DNA from: Chlorobiota bacterium
GTDB taxonomy: Bacteria; Bacteroidota; Ignavibacteria; Kapaibacteriales; NICIL-2
Length of the DNA: 64,000 nt
Assembly: GCA_039810585.1 (NCBI GenBank)
Contig: JBDHXF010000001.1
Span: forward strand, 17,723-81,722
Reading direction: 5' to 3'
Part shown: positions 9,735-19,706 of the stretch, in pieces
Layout: each line of letters opens with the position of its first letter
Numbering within the stretch: the first letter of the stretch is position 1
Made by a program: the position numbers and the translations under genes
Notes under the pieces: generated by a model
Seen by the model: the letters and a program-made list of their open reading frames with translations, nothing else
Databases searched by the model: none
Told to the model about the DNA's origin: nothing

Positions 9735-12296
9735 ATGGCTACACCTTCAGCTTCTCAGTCCAAGTCGGCACTTTCGTTTATCCCTGAAAAGTATCAAGAC
9801 TGGATTTTTCCGGCCATCACGGGTCTTTTGATCCTGATTTTTCTAGGCAAAGCCATATTTGGCAATGGGTTTAACGCGAGTGACAACATTGCGTCCGAGA
9901 GCTTTCAGCCCTTTTTACAAGAAGCAGCCAAGAAGGGAGAGTTTCCGCAGTGGCTTCCCTACATTTTTAGTGGTCTTCCCAGCTACGCGGCATTGTTGAC
10001 AACGGGGAACAGAACGTGGGACTTCTCCTCCTTCATTGTCTCGAAAATCTCCTACGCCTTTGCCGGCATCCTTGGTTCCGATACTGCCCGTATTGCCTTC
10101 TGGTACATAGTCTATGCTACGGGCATGTACTTCCTGATGCGAATGAAAAAACATGAGAGGATGGTGGCACTCTTTACCTCCATCTCTGCCGTGTTCTCCA
10201 CCTGGATTCTCACGTGGGTGATGATTGGTCACAATACCAAGCCCATCGCCTTTGCCATGTTCCCCTACATTCTGCTATGCTTGGAAAACGTACGAGAGAA
10301 ATGGAGTCTGAAATACGCCGTGCTTCTCGTTCTCGCGGTTCACGTGATGGTAGAGTCTACCCATATGCAAATGGTCTTCTACGGCATCTGTACCTTTGGC
10401 CTCTACCTGCTCTTCGAACTCGTCAGCCGTCTCATTACCCGCAAGCAACCGATGGGCGTTTTGCGTGCTGCTCTCGTTTTAGCGGTGGCAGGTGCCATGA
10501 GTTTTGGAATGGGTGCCGACCGTTTTCTTTCAACCCTTGAATACACCCCCTATTCTACTCGTGGCTCCGCGCCGATTTCGCAGATCATGCAGAACGGTGA
10601 TCAAAAACAGAAATCTGCTAACGTGCAGGATGCCAATGGTGGAAACGATTACGACTACGCTACCGGCTGGTCCTTCTCGCCTGAGGAGATGATGACCTTC
10701 TTCGTACCCGATTACTATGGCTTTGGAAAGCTGCATTATAAGGGACCGCTAACCGGAAATCGAGATATGATTCTCTCGAGCTACTTCGGTCAGATGGCAT
10801 TCACTGATGCTGCTAACTACATGGGCATTTGCGTGCTCTTTCTGGGTTTGTTCGGAGCTTGGCGCTTCCGCAGGGATCTGTTTGTGCAGTTCCTCATTAC
10901 CCTCAGCGTCTTTGCTCTCTTTCTCAGTTTTGGGAGAAACCTTTCGTTCCTCTACGATTTCTTCTACTACCATGTACCGATGTTCAACAAGTTCCGTGCA
11001 CCTAGTATGGTGTTGGCTTTAATGCAGTTTGCCATGCCAATACTTGCCGCCTACGGCGTAGCGGGCATGGGCCAACTGCGCGAGGAAAAGGAAGCATCAA
11101 AACGGCGCCCGGCACTCTATCTGCTCGTGATTTGCGGCGTGTTTTTTATTTCGGGATTGGTGTATCCTTCGATGGTGGAAGAATCGTACCGAGCACAAGT
11201 GGAACAAAGTCGACAAGTGGCTCAATACGGTGACAACGCTGAAGTGAAGACGGCTATTGGTGAGTTTGTGTTTGGTGAAATGAGGAGCGACTGGCTGACC
11301 ACCGGATTCTTTGCCCTCTTACTCGGTGGTATTGTGTGGATGTACGTGAACAAGAAACTCTCCGCCGGAATGTTTTACCCCTTACTCATCGTTATCTCTC
11401 TCGTGGATTTGTGGAGAGTTGACGTCCGTCCGATGGACATCCCCAAGAAGAAAATTGAGTCTGATGTGTTTAAGAAAACTGATCTCATCGACTTCCTCAC
11501 GCGCGACACCTCTGTGTTCCGTATCGCCGATCTGGACGTACTGCCCTCACCAAACGTCGCCGCATACTTCAAACTGGAGAACATCCACGGCTACCATTCT
11601 GCCAAGATGCGCGTGTACCAAGACTTGATGGATGAAGCAGGAAACGGCGGCGGTTCGATCATCCAAAATCCACTCCTGTGGAACCTCTTGAACGTAAAGT
11701 ACATCACGAGCCAAAAGGCAATCTTCCCCAACATGCAACCGGTCTTTACATCAGCATCAGGAAACGGTTTGGTGTACCAAAACCCGGCCATGTTGCCTCG
11801 CGCATTTTTTGTGAAGCAAGCCGTCGTTGCAAGCCGTACCGACATTTTAAAGCATCTGAAGGACGGCGACTTCTTCCCCGTCGATACCGCGTACGTGGAA
11901 GCTGCACTGCCCCAAACGATCGATACCACCATCACCGGTGCCCAGGCTACGCTCGTGGAGCGCAAGAACGAATATCAGAAGTACATGGTCACTGCTCCCG
12001 GCACGCAGAGCTTGCTGTATGTAAGCGAAGTGTACTATCCGGTATCGTGGCATGCCTTTGTGGACGGTCAGGAAACCCCTATCTACAAAACCAACTTTGC
12101 CTTCCGCTCGGTGATTGTTCCGAAAGGGCAACACACTGTTGAGTTCAAGTACGAGTCACCCAAATTTGAAGAGGGCAAAACCATCAGCTTGGCAGCCAAC
12201 CTACTGTTACTCGCCGGCGCCGTCGGTGCAGTATTTATAGAGTGGAGGGGTCGTTCGAAGACAACTTCCGCGCCACACGATGAGGCACAAGCCTAA
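9735..12296 (+). CDS. YfhO family membrane protein (GT-C-like)
   Basis: Many TM helices, 'PQWLPYIFSGLPSYA', 'FNKFRAP', 'YVSEVYYP..W', 'VPKGQHTVEFKY'. Confidence 0.85.
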   Translation: MATPSASQSKSALSFIPEKYQDWIFPAITGLLILIFLGKAIFGNGFNASDNIASESFQPFLQEAAKKGEFPQWLPYIFSGLPSYAALLTTGNRTWDFSSFIVSKISYAFAGILGSDTARIAFWYIVYATGMYFLMRMKKHERMVALFTSISAVFSTWILTWVMIGHNTKPIAFAMFPYILLCLENVREKWSLKYAVLLVLAVHVMVESTHMQMVFYGICTFGLYLLFELVSRLITRKQPMGVLRAALVLAVAGAMSFGMGADRFLSTLEYTPYSTRGSAPISQIMQNGDQKQKSANVQDANGGNDYDYATGWSFSPEEMMTFFVPDYYGFGKLHYKGPLTGNRDMILSSYFGQMAFTDAANYMGICVLFLGLFGAWRFRRDLFVQFLITLSVFALFLSFGRNLSFLYDFFYYHVPMFNKFRAPSMVLALMQFAMPILAAYGVAGMGQLREEKEASKRRPALYLLVICGVFFISGLVYPSMVEESYRAQVEQSRQVAQYGDNAEVKTAIGEFVFGEMRSDWLTTGFFALLLGGIVWMYVNKKLSAGMFYPLLIVISLVDLWRVDVRPMDIPKKKIESDVFKKTDLIDFLTRDTSVFRIADLDVLPSPNVAAYFKLENIHGYHSAKMRVYQDLMDEAGNGGGSIIQNPLLWNLLNVKYITSQKAIFPNMQPVFTSASGNGLVYQNPAMLPRAFFVKQAVVASRTDILKHLKDGDFFPVDTAYVEAALPQTIDTTITGAQATLVERKNEYQKYMVTAPGTQSLLYVSEVYYPVSWHAFVDGQETPIYKTNFAFRSVIVPKGQHTVEFKYESPKFEEGKTISLAANLLLLAGAVGAVFIEWRGRSKTTSAPHDEAQA

Positions 12297-12541
12297 TGGA
12301 CATCTACCTGTACTCGGCCGAAAACCTCTTGTTGCAAGCCGGACAGACTCAGGCCGAACACGGTTACCATATCGTTGAGTTTTACGTGGACGATATCGGC
12401 CGTCTGGCTAAGGAGCCAACGGAGCGTCGTGCACAGTTTTACTATTCCCCCTCCGGCGGAACCTTGCGCGACAGCGATTTGAACATCGTGCTCTACAGCG
12501 CCCGGTACGACAAATTCAAGGGCATAGGAAAGGCCGATTGA
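12296..12541 (+). CDS. Small hypothetical protein (81 aa)
   Basis: TAATG overlap with the upstream gene and a 1-nt gap to the downstream gene. Confidence 0.7.
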   Translation: MDIYLYSAENLLLQAGQTQAEHGYHIVEFYVDDIGRLAKEPTERRAQFYYSPSGGTLRDSDLNIVLYSARYDKFKGIGKAD

Positions 12542-12542
12542 T

Positions 12543-13847
12543 ATGCGCGTCCAAGATTACATCCACAAGATTTCATGGACCGCCGGCGATAAGGTTCTCT
12601 TTGTGCTCTATGGCTTTGTGGCGTTGGTGCAGATCCATCACATGGATCCGGCTCAGTTTGGCTTGTATTCAATACTGGTTGGATTGCAAACGTGGATTTT
12701 CATCCTGAGCGACGGCGCGGCATTACAAGGCGTTATTCAGTTTGGAGCGGATCGTGATAAGAGACCCGGAGTCAATGCCGTTTCATTCATTGCACACAGC
12801 ATCATCGTCCTGAGCTTGTCGTTGCTCACGCTTCTCCTTAGTAGTCCGCTCTCGTCACTCTTCGGTCGTTCCGATTTCTCCAAAGTCGCGTTCCTGCTTC
12901 CACTGTATTGCGCACTCACCATCCCCCGTGCTTTTTGCATCAAGATTCTGCTTCGCGACACGCAAATGAAGCAGGTCTTCTGGGTGAATTTCTTTTGGTT
13001 TGCTTCTATGACCGGCATCACCTTCTGGTTGTTGCATACCAACGCCATACTAGACTTCGATTTCATGGCAACCATCAGCTTGAGCGGCATGGCGGTGTCG
13101 TCTGTTGTCTCGTTGATCCTCAGTCGCAAACTGCTGCGCTTCTCGCTGGCCGAGGCACCATCGCTGCGAGAGTTCATGCACTTTGGAACCATACAGATTT
13201 TTATCGGCGCCATTACCAATGCCATTCGACAACTGGATGTGATTGTGCTGCAAATCTTGTTTCGCAGCGGCGACCTTGTTGGAATTTATAGCGCGGCGAA
13301 AACTCTGTACCGAGTGTTTGAGACGGGCATGGATGCTCTTTTTAGTCTTGTCTATCCCTCGGCTATCCGCCTCCTGCCTCAAGGCAAGAACGAGGAGTTC
13401 CGCGTGCTGCTCACCAAGGCGGTATCGTATCTGTTCATGAGTTACTTGCTGATTGTGCTGGTGATGGAGAGTGGCGGAACGCACATCATCATCCATTTTC
13501 TAGGCGGGAAGTATGTCAATTCGGTAGGACAATTCAATCTACTTGCCCTGGCTGCTTTGTTTGTGCCGTTCTATCCCTTATCAGCAGCACTACTGGCTCT
13601 GAATAAAAACGCATTGCTCTTACGCTACGTCATTGTATCGTCTCTTGCAGGCTTAGCCGTCTTTGCCTTGTGCAAGGTCTTCGACATGCCCTCGCTCTTT
13701 CCCTTGGGTGTTGTGTGCTACAATGCCATCCTGGCGATACTCCTCATTGCGCAACTCTCCGCGCGCCTGAATATTTCACCTATTGAATACCTGCGGGCTG
13801 CGCCCGATGCTCTGCGCTACGTTCGACGTCGTTTCGGCTCTGCCTGA
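12543..13847 (+). CDS. Wzx-like oligosaccharide flippase / polysaccharide biosynthesis protein
   Basis: About 12 TM helices, 'PAQFGLYSIL', 'VGIYSAAK'. Confidence 0.8.
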   Translation: MRVQDYIHKISWTAGDKVLFVLYGFVALVQIHHMDPAQFGLYSILVGLQTWIFILSDGAALQGVIQFGADRDKRPGVNAVSFIAHSIIVLSLSLLTLLLSSPLSSLFGRSDFSKVAFLLPLYCALTIPRAFCIKILLRDTQMKQVFWVNFFWFASMTGITFWLLHTNAILDFDFMATISLSGMAVSSVVSLILSRKLLRFSLAEAPSLREFMHFGTIQIFIGAITNAIRQLDVIVLQILFRSGDLVGIYSAAKTLYRVFETGMDALFSLVYPSAIRLLPQGKNEEFRVLLTKAVSYLFMSYLLIVLVMESGGTHIIIHFLGGKYVNSVGQFNLLALAALFVPFYPLSAALLALNKNALLLRYVIVSSLAGLAVFALCKVFDMPSLFPLGVVCYNAILAILLIAQLSARLNISPIEYLRAAPDALRYVRRRFGSA

Positions 13848-13919
13848 CATTCCTTAGCTCGTCATCACGGTGCGGGGATGCCATTGGCAGCCCCGCCCGT
13901 ATGAAGAAAAGACACGCGC

Positions 13920-14567
13920 TTAATTCCAATAGATGTGCAAGCCAATGGCGGAACCGCCAAGGGAGAGTGTGTTGACGCTGCCGCTAACTGTCGTACTACT
14001 GCCGCCGACCGTTGATTTACTGGATATGCTGCCTGAGTTATATCCAACGCCTAATTGCGAAAACACTGCGACATGTTTTGCAAGCATAGCTTCCACGCCA
14101 AAACAAGCGTTGATCATGAACACTCCCCCACTGACTTCCGAATTTCCACTTGTGATCGTAGGAATGATGGTATAACTGAGACCTGCACCGAGATATGGTG
14201 ACACATCAGAAGGTGTGCGGGTATAGTAGCGTCCACCGGCTGCTATTGAGATTGTCGTCCGCGAGTCTGCTGCGGTTCCGGTGCTCACACCAAACGAAAC
14301 AAGACCAATGCCAATACCACCATCCAGTTGCAGATTGCGGTTGATCTGGTAACACACTTCAGAACCCCCGGTATAGGTGAACGAAGCCGCCTGACCAATA
14401 GCAGATCCACCGGCATTGCCCGAGCTGGAAACAACGGACGCAGCAACGCCGGACGGCAACGCCATCGCGGCTCCCATTCCCCACATCCCCGATTCTACTT
14501 GGGCAGTGACAATGCTTCCCGACATGACGAGGAAGACAAGTGCTACGATGAGTACGTTACTATTCAT
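13920..14567 (-). CDS. Small outer-membrane beta-barrel protein
   Basis: Signal peptide from MNSNV, 'SPYLGAGLSY', amphipathic strands, aromatic C-terminus 'GLHIYWN'. Confidence 0.75.
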   Translation of the reverse strand: MNSNVLIVALVFLVMSGSIVTAQVESGMWGMGAAMALPSGVAASVVSSSGNAGGSAIGQAASFTYTGGSEVCYQINRNLQLDGGIGIGLVSFGVSTGTAADSRTTISIAAGGRYYTRTPSDVSPYLGAGLSYTIIPTITSGNSEVSGGVFMINACFGVEAMLAKHVAVFSQLGVGYNSGSISSKSTVGGSSTTVSGSVNTLSLGGSAIGLHIYWN

Positions 14568-14631
14568 GCGAAAATCCCCTGATGAGTGAATAAAAGAGAC
14601 GATGTCGCCATCGTCCGTCATACGTGACTGT

Positions 14632-15228
14632 TTAGCGCCCGGTTGTCCCCACGTGCAGAACCGCATCTAAGCCAACTCGCGGTTTGTCCCGCAACTGGCG
14701 AAAAGCCGTGGGTGTCATTCCCGTGACTCGCTTAAACTGATTTGATAAATGATGTACGCTGCTGTACCCTAGTCTAGCCGAAATTTCACTCAACTTCAAC
14801 TCGTCATACATCATGAGCTCTTTTACTTTTTCGATGCGTTGCAGAATACTAAACTTCTCGATTGTTATACCTTCCATCTGCGAAAAGAGTGTCGACAGCG
14901 CTGTGTAGTCTGTCTGTAGTTTCTCGCTCAAGTAGGCGGACATCACCATGGTCGACAAGGTATGTTCGTCGCCGTTTTGTATCAACTCAATAATGGCAAT
15001 TTTCGCGCGTTCGATGAACGCCTTTTTACGGTCGTCCAATAGTTCAAATCCATTCTGCTCAAGCATACTGCGCACAGCCTCGCGTCCTTCTGCACTCAGC
15101 TCTTCCTCTACACGCGCAGAACCTAATCGTACATCCACCGGATGCAGTCCCATTGTTCGCAATTCCTGATCCACCACCCTGATGCAGCGGTTGCAGACCA
15201 TGTTGCGAATGCTGAGCTCACTAGCCAT
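14632..15228 (-). CDS. AraC family regulator with N-terminal HMA-like metal-binding domain
   Basis: 'IRNMVCNRC' and C-terminal 'LGYSSVHHLSNQFKRVTGMTP'. Confidence 0.88.
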   Translation of the reverse strand: MASELSIRNMVCNRCIRVVDQELRTMGLHPVDVRLGSARVEEELSAEGREAVRSMLEQNGFELLDDRKKAFIERAKIAIIELIQNGDEHTLSTMVMSAYLSEKLQTDYTALSTLFSQMEGITIEKFSILQRIEKVKELMMYDELKLSEISARLGYSSVHHLSNQFKRVTGMTPTAFRQLRDKPRVGLDAVLHVGTTGR

Positions 15229-15485
15229 CTCTTTTCCCTTTTGCTCCTACGGGATCCTATCGTCGTGCTCAAATGTAGCACATGTCGTTCAAAACGCCGT
15301 CATGACTTGTTATGGTAGCCTCGGCAAGTCCGCTTAAACACGTGTCATTGCATTCAACCCCGTTCCCCTTCTCCGTCAGAATTACCATCCGCTATTTGTG
15401 TATTTTGGCGGAATTCGTCCTTCACCGGCTCTGTCAACAAACACTGCGGTGCCATGGTCTGACGAAGAAGACACGATCTCTTTCT

Positions 15486-16310
15486 ATGAACACATCTTCG
15501 CGCATCCTGTTTACTCTCTGTCTGCTTGGATTGGCTCTGGGTAGTGGCGCCTTCGTCCAGGGTCCGTCCGCTCCTGCAAAGGGCGGCTCCGACATCGATC
15601 GCTACGTTCCCAACGATGCCTATGGTTTTGGCGAACACTTGGATTACCGCGTGGGCTACAAGTTCATCACAGCGGGAACGGCTTCCTTCGACATCCAACA
15701 GCAACCGGTGATGAAGAACGGTCGTCCCTGCTACGACATCCGTTTTGAGGTGCGTTCATTGGAAAGTCTTGAGTGGCTCTATAAAGTCCGCGACCGCTAT
15801 CGCACGGTTCTTGATGTTGCCGGAATCTTCCCCTGGGAGTTCAATCAAAGCGTTCGTGAGGGTGGTTACAGTCGTGATTTTAACGCCTCGCTGGATCAAC
15901 AGCATCACATGGCACATACCAATGAGGGCGACTTCCCCATCACTCCCTACATTCACGATATCGTGTCTGCCTTTTATTACATTCGCACTCAGAACCTTCG
16001 TCAATACTCGAACAACGCTATCATACCACTGCGCAATTTCTTTAATAAGGATTGTCATGACCTCGGAGTAAAAGTACTCGGCAAACAAACCATCGAGGTT
16101 GCTGCCGGCAAGTTCCGTTGTATCGTGGTTGAACCTTTAATCCAAGAGGGTGGTTTGTTCAAAGCCGATGGCAGAATATTGATTTGGTTGAGCGACGACG
16201 ACCGAAAGGTGCCCGTTAAAGTTAGTTCCAAAATTCCCATCGGTACCATCGACGCCGAGCTCACCGGCTACTCCGGTCTTCGCGGTCCCCTCAGTTCCAA
16301 ACTTGAATAA
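15486..16310 (+). CDS. DUF3108 domain protein
   Basis: Signal peptide, 'GEHLDYRVGY', 'TIEVAAGKFRC', 'IWLSDDDRKVPVK'. Confidence 0.8.
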   Translation: MNTSSRILFTLCLLGLALGSGAFVQGPSAPAKGGSDIDRYVPNDAYGFGEHLDYRVGYKFITAGTASFDIQQQPVMKNGRPCYDIRFEVRSLESLEWLYKVRDRYRTVLDVAGIFPWEFNQSVREGGYSRDFNASLDQQHHMAHTNEGDFPITPYIHDIVSAFYYIRTQNLRQYSNNAIIPLRNFFNKDCHDLGVKVLGKQTIEVAAGKFRCIVVEPLIQEGGLFKADGRILIWLSDDDRKVPVKVSSKIPIGTIDAELTGYSGLRGPLSSKLE

Positions 16311-16337
16311 TTGTCCGGTCCTGCACCGTTTGTTGTT

Positions 16338-16973
16338 ATGATTCAGTCCTCTGCTTCTCTTCGCGTCCTGTCACTCCTGTTCTGCCTTGTCATCGCTGCG
16401 CCACTGCTTGCCCAGCAAAATGCCGAGTCGCTGCACAAGCACATCGTCGATCAGCTGAGCGGTGCTAAGAGCATCCGCATCGTGGCAAAATCGGCGGCGT
16501 TGAAAAACACCACCGTCACCATTCGAGCCAAGCGCAATAACCATTACATCATGGAGCTCAACGACCGACGCATTGTGTGCGATGGTAAGACTATCTGGAA
16601 TTACACGCCGTCAAAGAAATCGGTGGTTATTTCTACCTTCGATGAGCAAAACGCATCGCTCTCGGTCGAAAAACTCCTGCTCGAACTCGTCGCCGTCTAC
16701 AAACCCGTCGGCCTCTCGAGCCAAAACAACAGCAAATCCGGCAGCGCTTACCTCCTACGCCTCGAACCCAACGGTGCCGCTCGCTATGGCGTGAAATCCA
16801 TCCAACTCGGCATCGACAAAAGCAAACTGAATATCGTCTCCGTTCGCATCGACAGCGAACAAGGCGCCCAAGAATGGAGCATCTCCCAACTGCAATTCAA
16901 CGCCGATATCGCCGATAGCCAATTCCGTTTTACTCCTCCCAAAGGCGTGGATGTGATCGATCTACGAAACTGA
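16338..16973 (+). CDS. lolA: LolA family lipoprotein carrier
   Basis: 'IVCDGKTIWNYTP', C-terminal 'FRFTPPKGVDVIDLR'. Confidence 0.82.
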   Translation: MIQSSASLRVLSLLFCLVIAAPLLAQQNAESLHKHIVDQLSGAKSIRIVAKSAALKNTTVTIRAKRNNHYIMELNDRRIVCDGKTIWNYTPSKKSVVISTFDEQNASLSVEKLLLELVAVYKPVGLSSQNNSKSGSAYLLRLEPNGAARYGVKSIQLGIDKSKLNIVSVRIDSEQGAQEWSISQLQFNADIADSQFRFTPPKGVDVIDLRN

Positions 16974-16993
16974 TCGACAGTGTAGTCCCTCAA

Positions 16994-17025
16994 GAGATTT
17001 CTTATTCGTGCGCGCTTCGCGCCGC
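16994..17025 (+). repeat. REP-like element copy
   Basis: GAGATTTCTTATTC followed by gtgcgcgcttcgcgccgc. Confidence 0.7.
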
Positions 17026-17196
17026 CTCTCTGCTGTCGTAGCGTCACTGCTCTCAACTTGTACCAGGGCAAATACCCCCTTGTCAGACAATCTCTGACGG
17101 CACTTCATCCTCTGCTGACTCACTGCCCGTCGGTATGGCACTGTATTTGACAGATCGTCTCAAAAACGCTCTTGTCTTCACAGTCACGTGTCAGCC

Positions 17197-19569
17197 ATGG
17201 ATCCCAATCGCCCTAAAAAACTGTCAGTCTGCATGATCGTCCGCAACGAACAAGCCATGCTTCCAGGCTGCCTCGAAAGTATCCGAGCCTGCGCCGAAGA
17301 AATTATCGTTGTCGATACCGGATCAACGGATCGCTCGATGGACATCGCTCGTCAGTACGGTGCCGTGGTGCTTGAGCAGGCATGGGCCAACGACTTTTCC
17401 TCCGCCCGCAATGCTGCACTCTCGCAAGCCAGTGGTGAATGGATCCTCAGTCTCGACGCCGACGAGCGCATCCTTAATCCCGAAGAACTCCGCTGGGTGG
17501 TGGAGCACGCCGCTGCCGATATGCATGGTTTTTTGGTGAACCTGACGTCCGTCGCCGATAAAAACGGCACGCAGTCACGCTACGTGTCGCAACTCCTACG
17601 ACTCTTCCGCAACGATCCGCGCATTTGCTTTAGCGGTCGTATTCATGAGCAAATCATCGAGTGTTTTGAACCCAACGGCCTGCGCTACTTGCCGTCATCC
17701 ATCGAAGTGGAACACCTTGGATACAACCTTGGTGCCGACGCCATGCAACGCAAACAACAGCGGAATATGTCGTTACTTGATACCGCCCTCCGCGACGATC
17801 CGCACGATGCCTACATGCTGCAGCAGCGCGCCAAGACGTCCCTCGCCCTCGGCAACATCGCCGACGCCGAGCGAGACACGGTGGAAGCATTGCGATGGGC
17901 CAAATCCAAAGGCGTGGTACGACCCCAAGCCTTGAACTACGGTGGCGTCATCGCCTTTCAACTACAGAACTACGATTTGGCCATTGCTCGTGCCGAAGAA
18001 TCTCTGCGCATCGTCCCGCATCAGGCCTTCGCCTATTTCGTGCTGGGCGAGTGTTACACGGCAAAGCAAGACTACGCCATGGCACTCGAGTGCTATCAGG
18101 AAATGTTGAATGCCATCGAAAAGAACGATATCACCGCCCGCGTCATCGGCGCCTACGAAATTCAACCTTCACAGCTTCGCTTCCTGATTGGACGCAGCGC
18201 ACTCGCATGCGGCAGACAGGAACTTGCCATGAGCGCTTTCCGGGAGGGGATGGCCATCGACCCTAAGACCGTGAATTGTCGAATTGGCCTTGCCAACTGC
18301 GAACTCAACCTCAGTCACTTCAGTGCGGCACGCCGATTGCTCCTCGACGCACAGGCATTGGAACCAACACACAAAGATATTCCCGCGTTCCTGCGTCGTA
18401 TTGACGAGGTGGAAGCGCAACGGACAATGACCACTCAACAACTCTCCTCGACCACCATGGACGCGTCCTCAGAATCTGTCACCGTGTCAGCCTCAACGCA
18501 ACAAGCGAGTCACTCGCGTAAGCCCCTGATCTCCCTCTGCATGATCGTCAAAAACGAGCAGCATTGTCTGCGAGAGTGTCTGGAATCGGTGAAGGATGTG
18601 GTGGACGAGATGGTGATTGTCGACACCGGATCCACGGATAAAACCGTTGATATTGCCAAGGAGTTCGGTGCCACAATAGGAAACTTTAACTGGATTGGTG
18701 ACTTCGCCAAAGCTCGCAATGCTTCGCTGCAGTTATGTCAGGGTGAGTGGATTTTATACATGGACGCCGACGAACGTCTCACACCGGAATCCGCAGCCAT
18801 GCTGCGTTCCATGCTGCTGCAAACACCGGCCGAAGTGGGCGCGTTCATTTGCACCATTATCAGTCCGCACCGTCAGGCAGATGCCGAAAGCGAAATCCAT
18901 CGAGGCGGTTATCCTCGTCTGTTCCGCAACTATGGTTATCCCAAAGTAGAGTTCCGCGGACGTGTGCACGAGCAAATCACGCCCTCGCTCATCGAGTGCG
19001 GCGCACACATTGTAAACTCATCGTTGGTGATTCAGCACACCGGCTACGACATCGATCGCGATCGTATGCAGGAAAAGGTTCGTCGCAACTATGAACTGCT
19101 CATCAAACACGTACAGGAAGAACCGCTGAATGCCTATGCATGGTTCCAGCTGGGTCAGACTTTGGGTCGCATGAACGTGCCCGAAAACTCCGAGCAAGCC
19201 CTCAAGTTCGCCCTCGAGCTCGGCACCCTGTCAACCCCCGTTGCGGCATCCGCCGCTTCAACCCTTGCTCACCTCTACGGCACACAACAACGCTATGAGG
19301 AAGCACTGAAGTGGTGCGACTATTCGCTGGCCAAGGTCCCGCACCAAATCATGGCCATGCACTACAAAGCATATGCGCTCATGTATCTGTATCGCTTGGA
19401 TGAGGCAGAAAAACTCTTCTTCGAAGTGCTCGAACTCATCGAAAACAAACACCTCTCACCCGAAGCCGGATACGACGTGGACCTCAAACCGGCCGTCGTT
19501 CAACAAGGTTTGGCCAAACTACAACACATGCGCAGTCAACCCCGACCGGCGTATTTGATGCAGGAGTGA
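17197..19569 (+). CDS. Tandem GT2-TPR / GT2-TPR glycosyltransferase
   Basis: Two copies of 'SxCMIVxNE...DTGSTD...DFxxARN...DADE...GRxHEQI', each followed by TPR helices. Confidence 0.88.
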   Translation: MDPNRPKKLSVCMIVRNEQAMLPGCLESIRACAEEIIVVDTGSTDRSMDIARQYGAVVLEQAWANDFSSARNAALSQASGEWILSLDADERILNPEELRWVVEHAAADMHGFLVNLTSVADKNGTQSRYVSQLLRLFRNDPRICFSGRIHEQIIECFEPNGLRYLPSSIEVEHLGYNLGADAMQRKQQRNMSLLDTALRDDPHDAYMLQQRAKTSLALGNIADAERDTVEALRWAKSKGVVRPQALNYGGVIAFQLQNYDLAIARAEESLRIVPHQAFAYFVLGECYTAKQDYAMALECYQEMLNAIEKNDITARVIGAYEIQPSQLRFLIGRSALACGRQELAMSAFREGMAIDPKTVNCRIGLANCELNLSHFSAARRLLLDAQALEPTHKDIPAFLRRIDEVEAQRTMTTQQLSSTTMDASSESVTVSASTQQASHSRKPLISLCMIVKNEQHCLRECLESVKDVVDEMVIVDTGSTDKTVDIAKEFGATIGNFNWIGDFAKARNASLQLCQGEWILYMDADERLTPESAAMLRSMLLQTPAEVGAFICTIISPHRQADAESEIHRGGYPRLFRNYGYPKVEFRGRVHEQITPSLIECGAHIVNSSLVIQHTGYDIDRDRMQEKVRRNYELLIKHVQEEPLNAYAWFQLGQTLGRMNVPENSEQALKFALELGTLSTPVAASAASTLAHLYGTQQRYEEALKWCDYSLAKVPHQIMAMHYKAYALMYLYRLDEAEKLFFEVLELIENKHLSPEAGYDVDLKPAVVQQGLAKLQHMRSQPRPAYLMQE

Positions 19570-19624
19570 GGAAATAGAAGCGACTACTCAACCGCACGTT
19601 ATTGTCGTCTCACACATCTCACAC

Positions 19625-19655
19625 TTCGTGTGCCCGACAGGGCGCACGAATAAAA
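19625..19655 (-). repeat. REP-like hairpin copy
   Basis: Plus strand TTCGTGTGCCC-gaca-GGGCGCACGAATAA. The minus strand reads TTATTCGTGCG into the hairpin. Confidence 0.65.
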
Positions 19656-19688
19656 AAGGCCATCTCGAGTGGAGATAGCCTTGGTTTT
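19652..19688. terminator. Intrinsic terminator between the convergent GT and serS genes
   Basis: AAAAAAGGCCATCTC-gagtg-GAGATAGCCTTGGTTTT. Confidence 0.65.
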
Positions 19689-19706
19689 CGACGTTCAATC
19701 TTCGAT

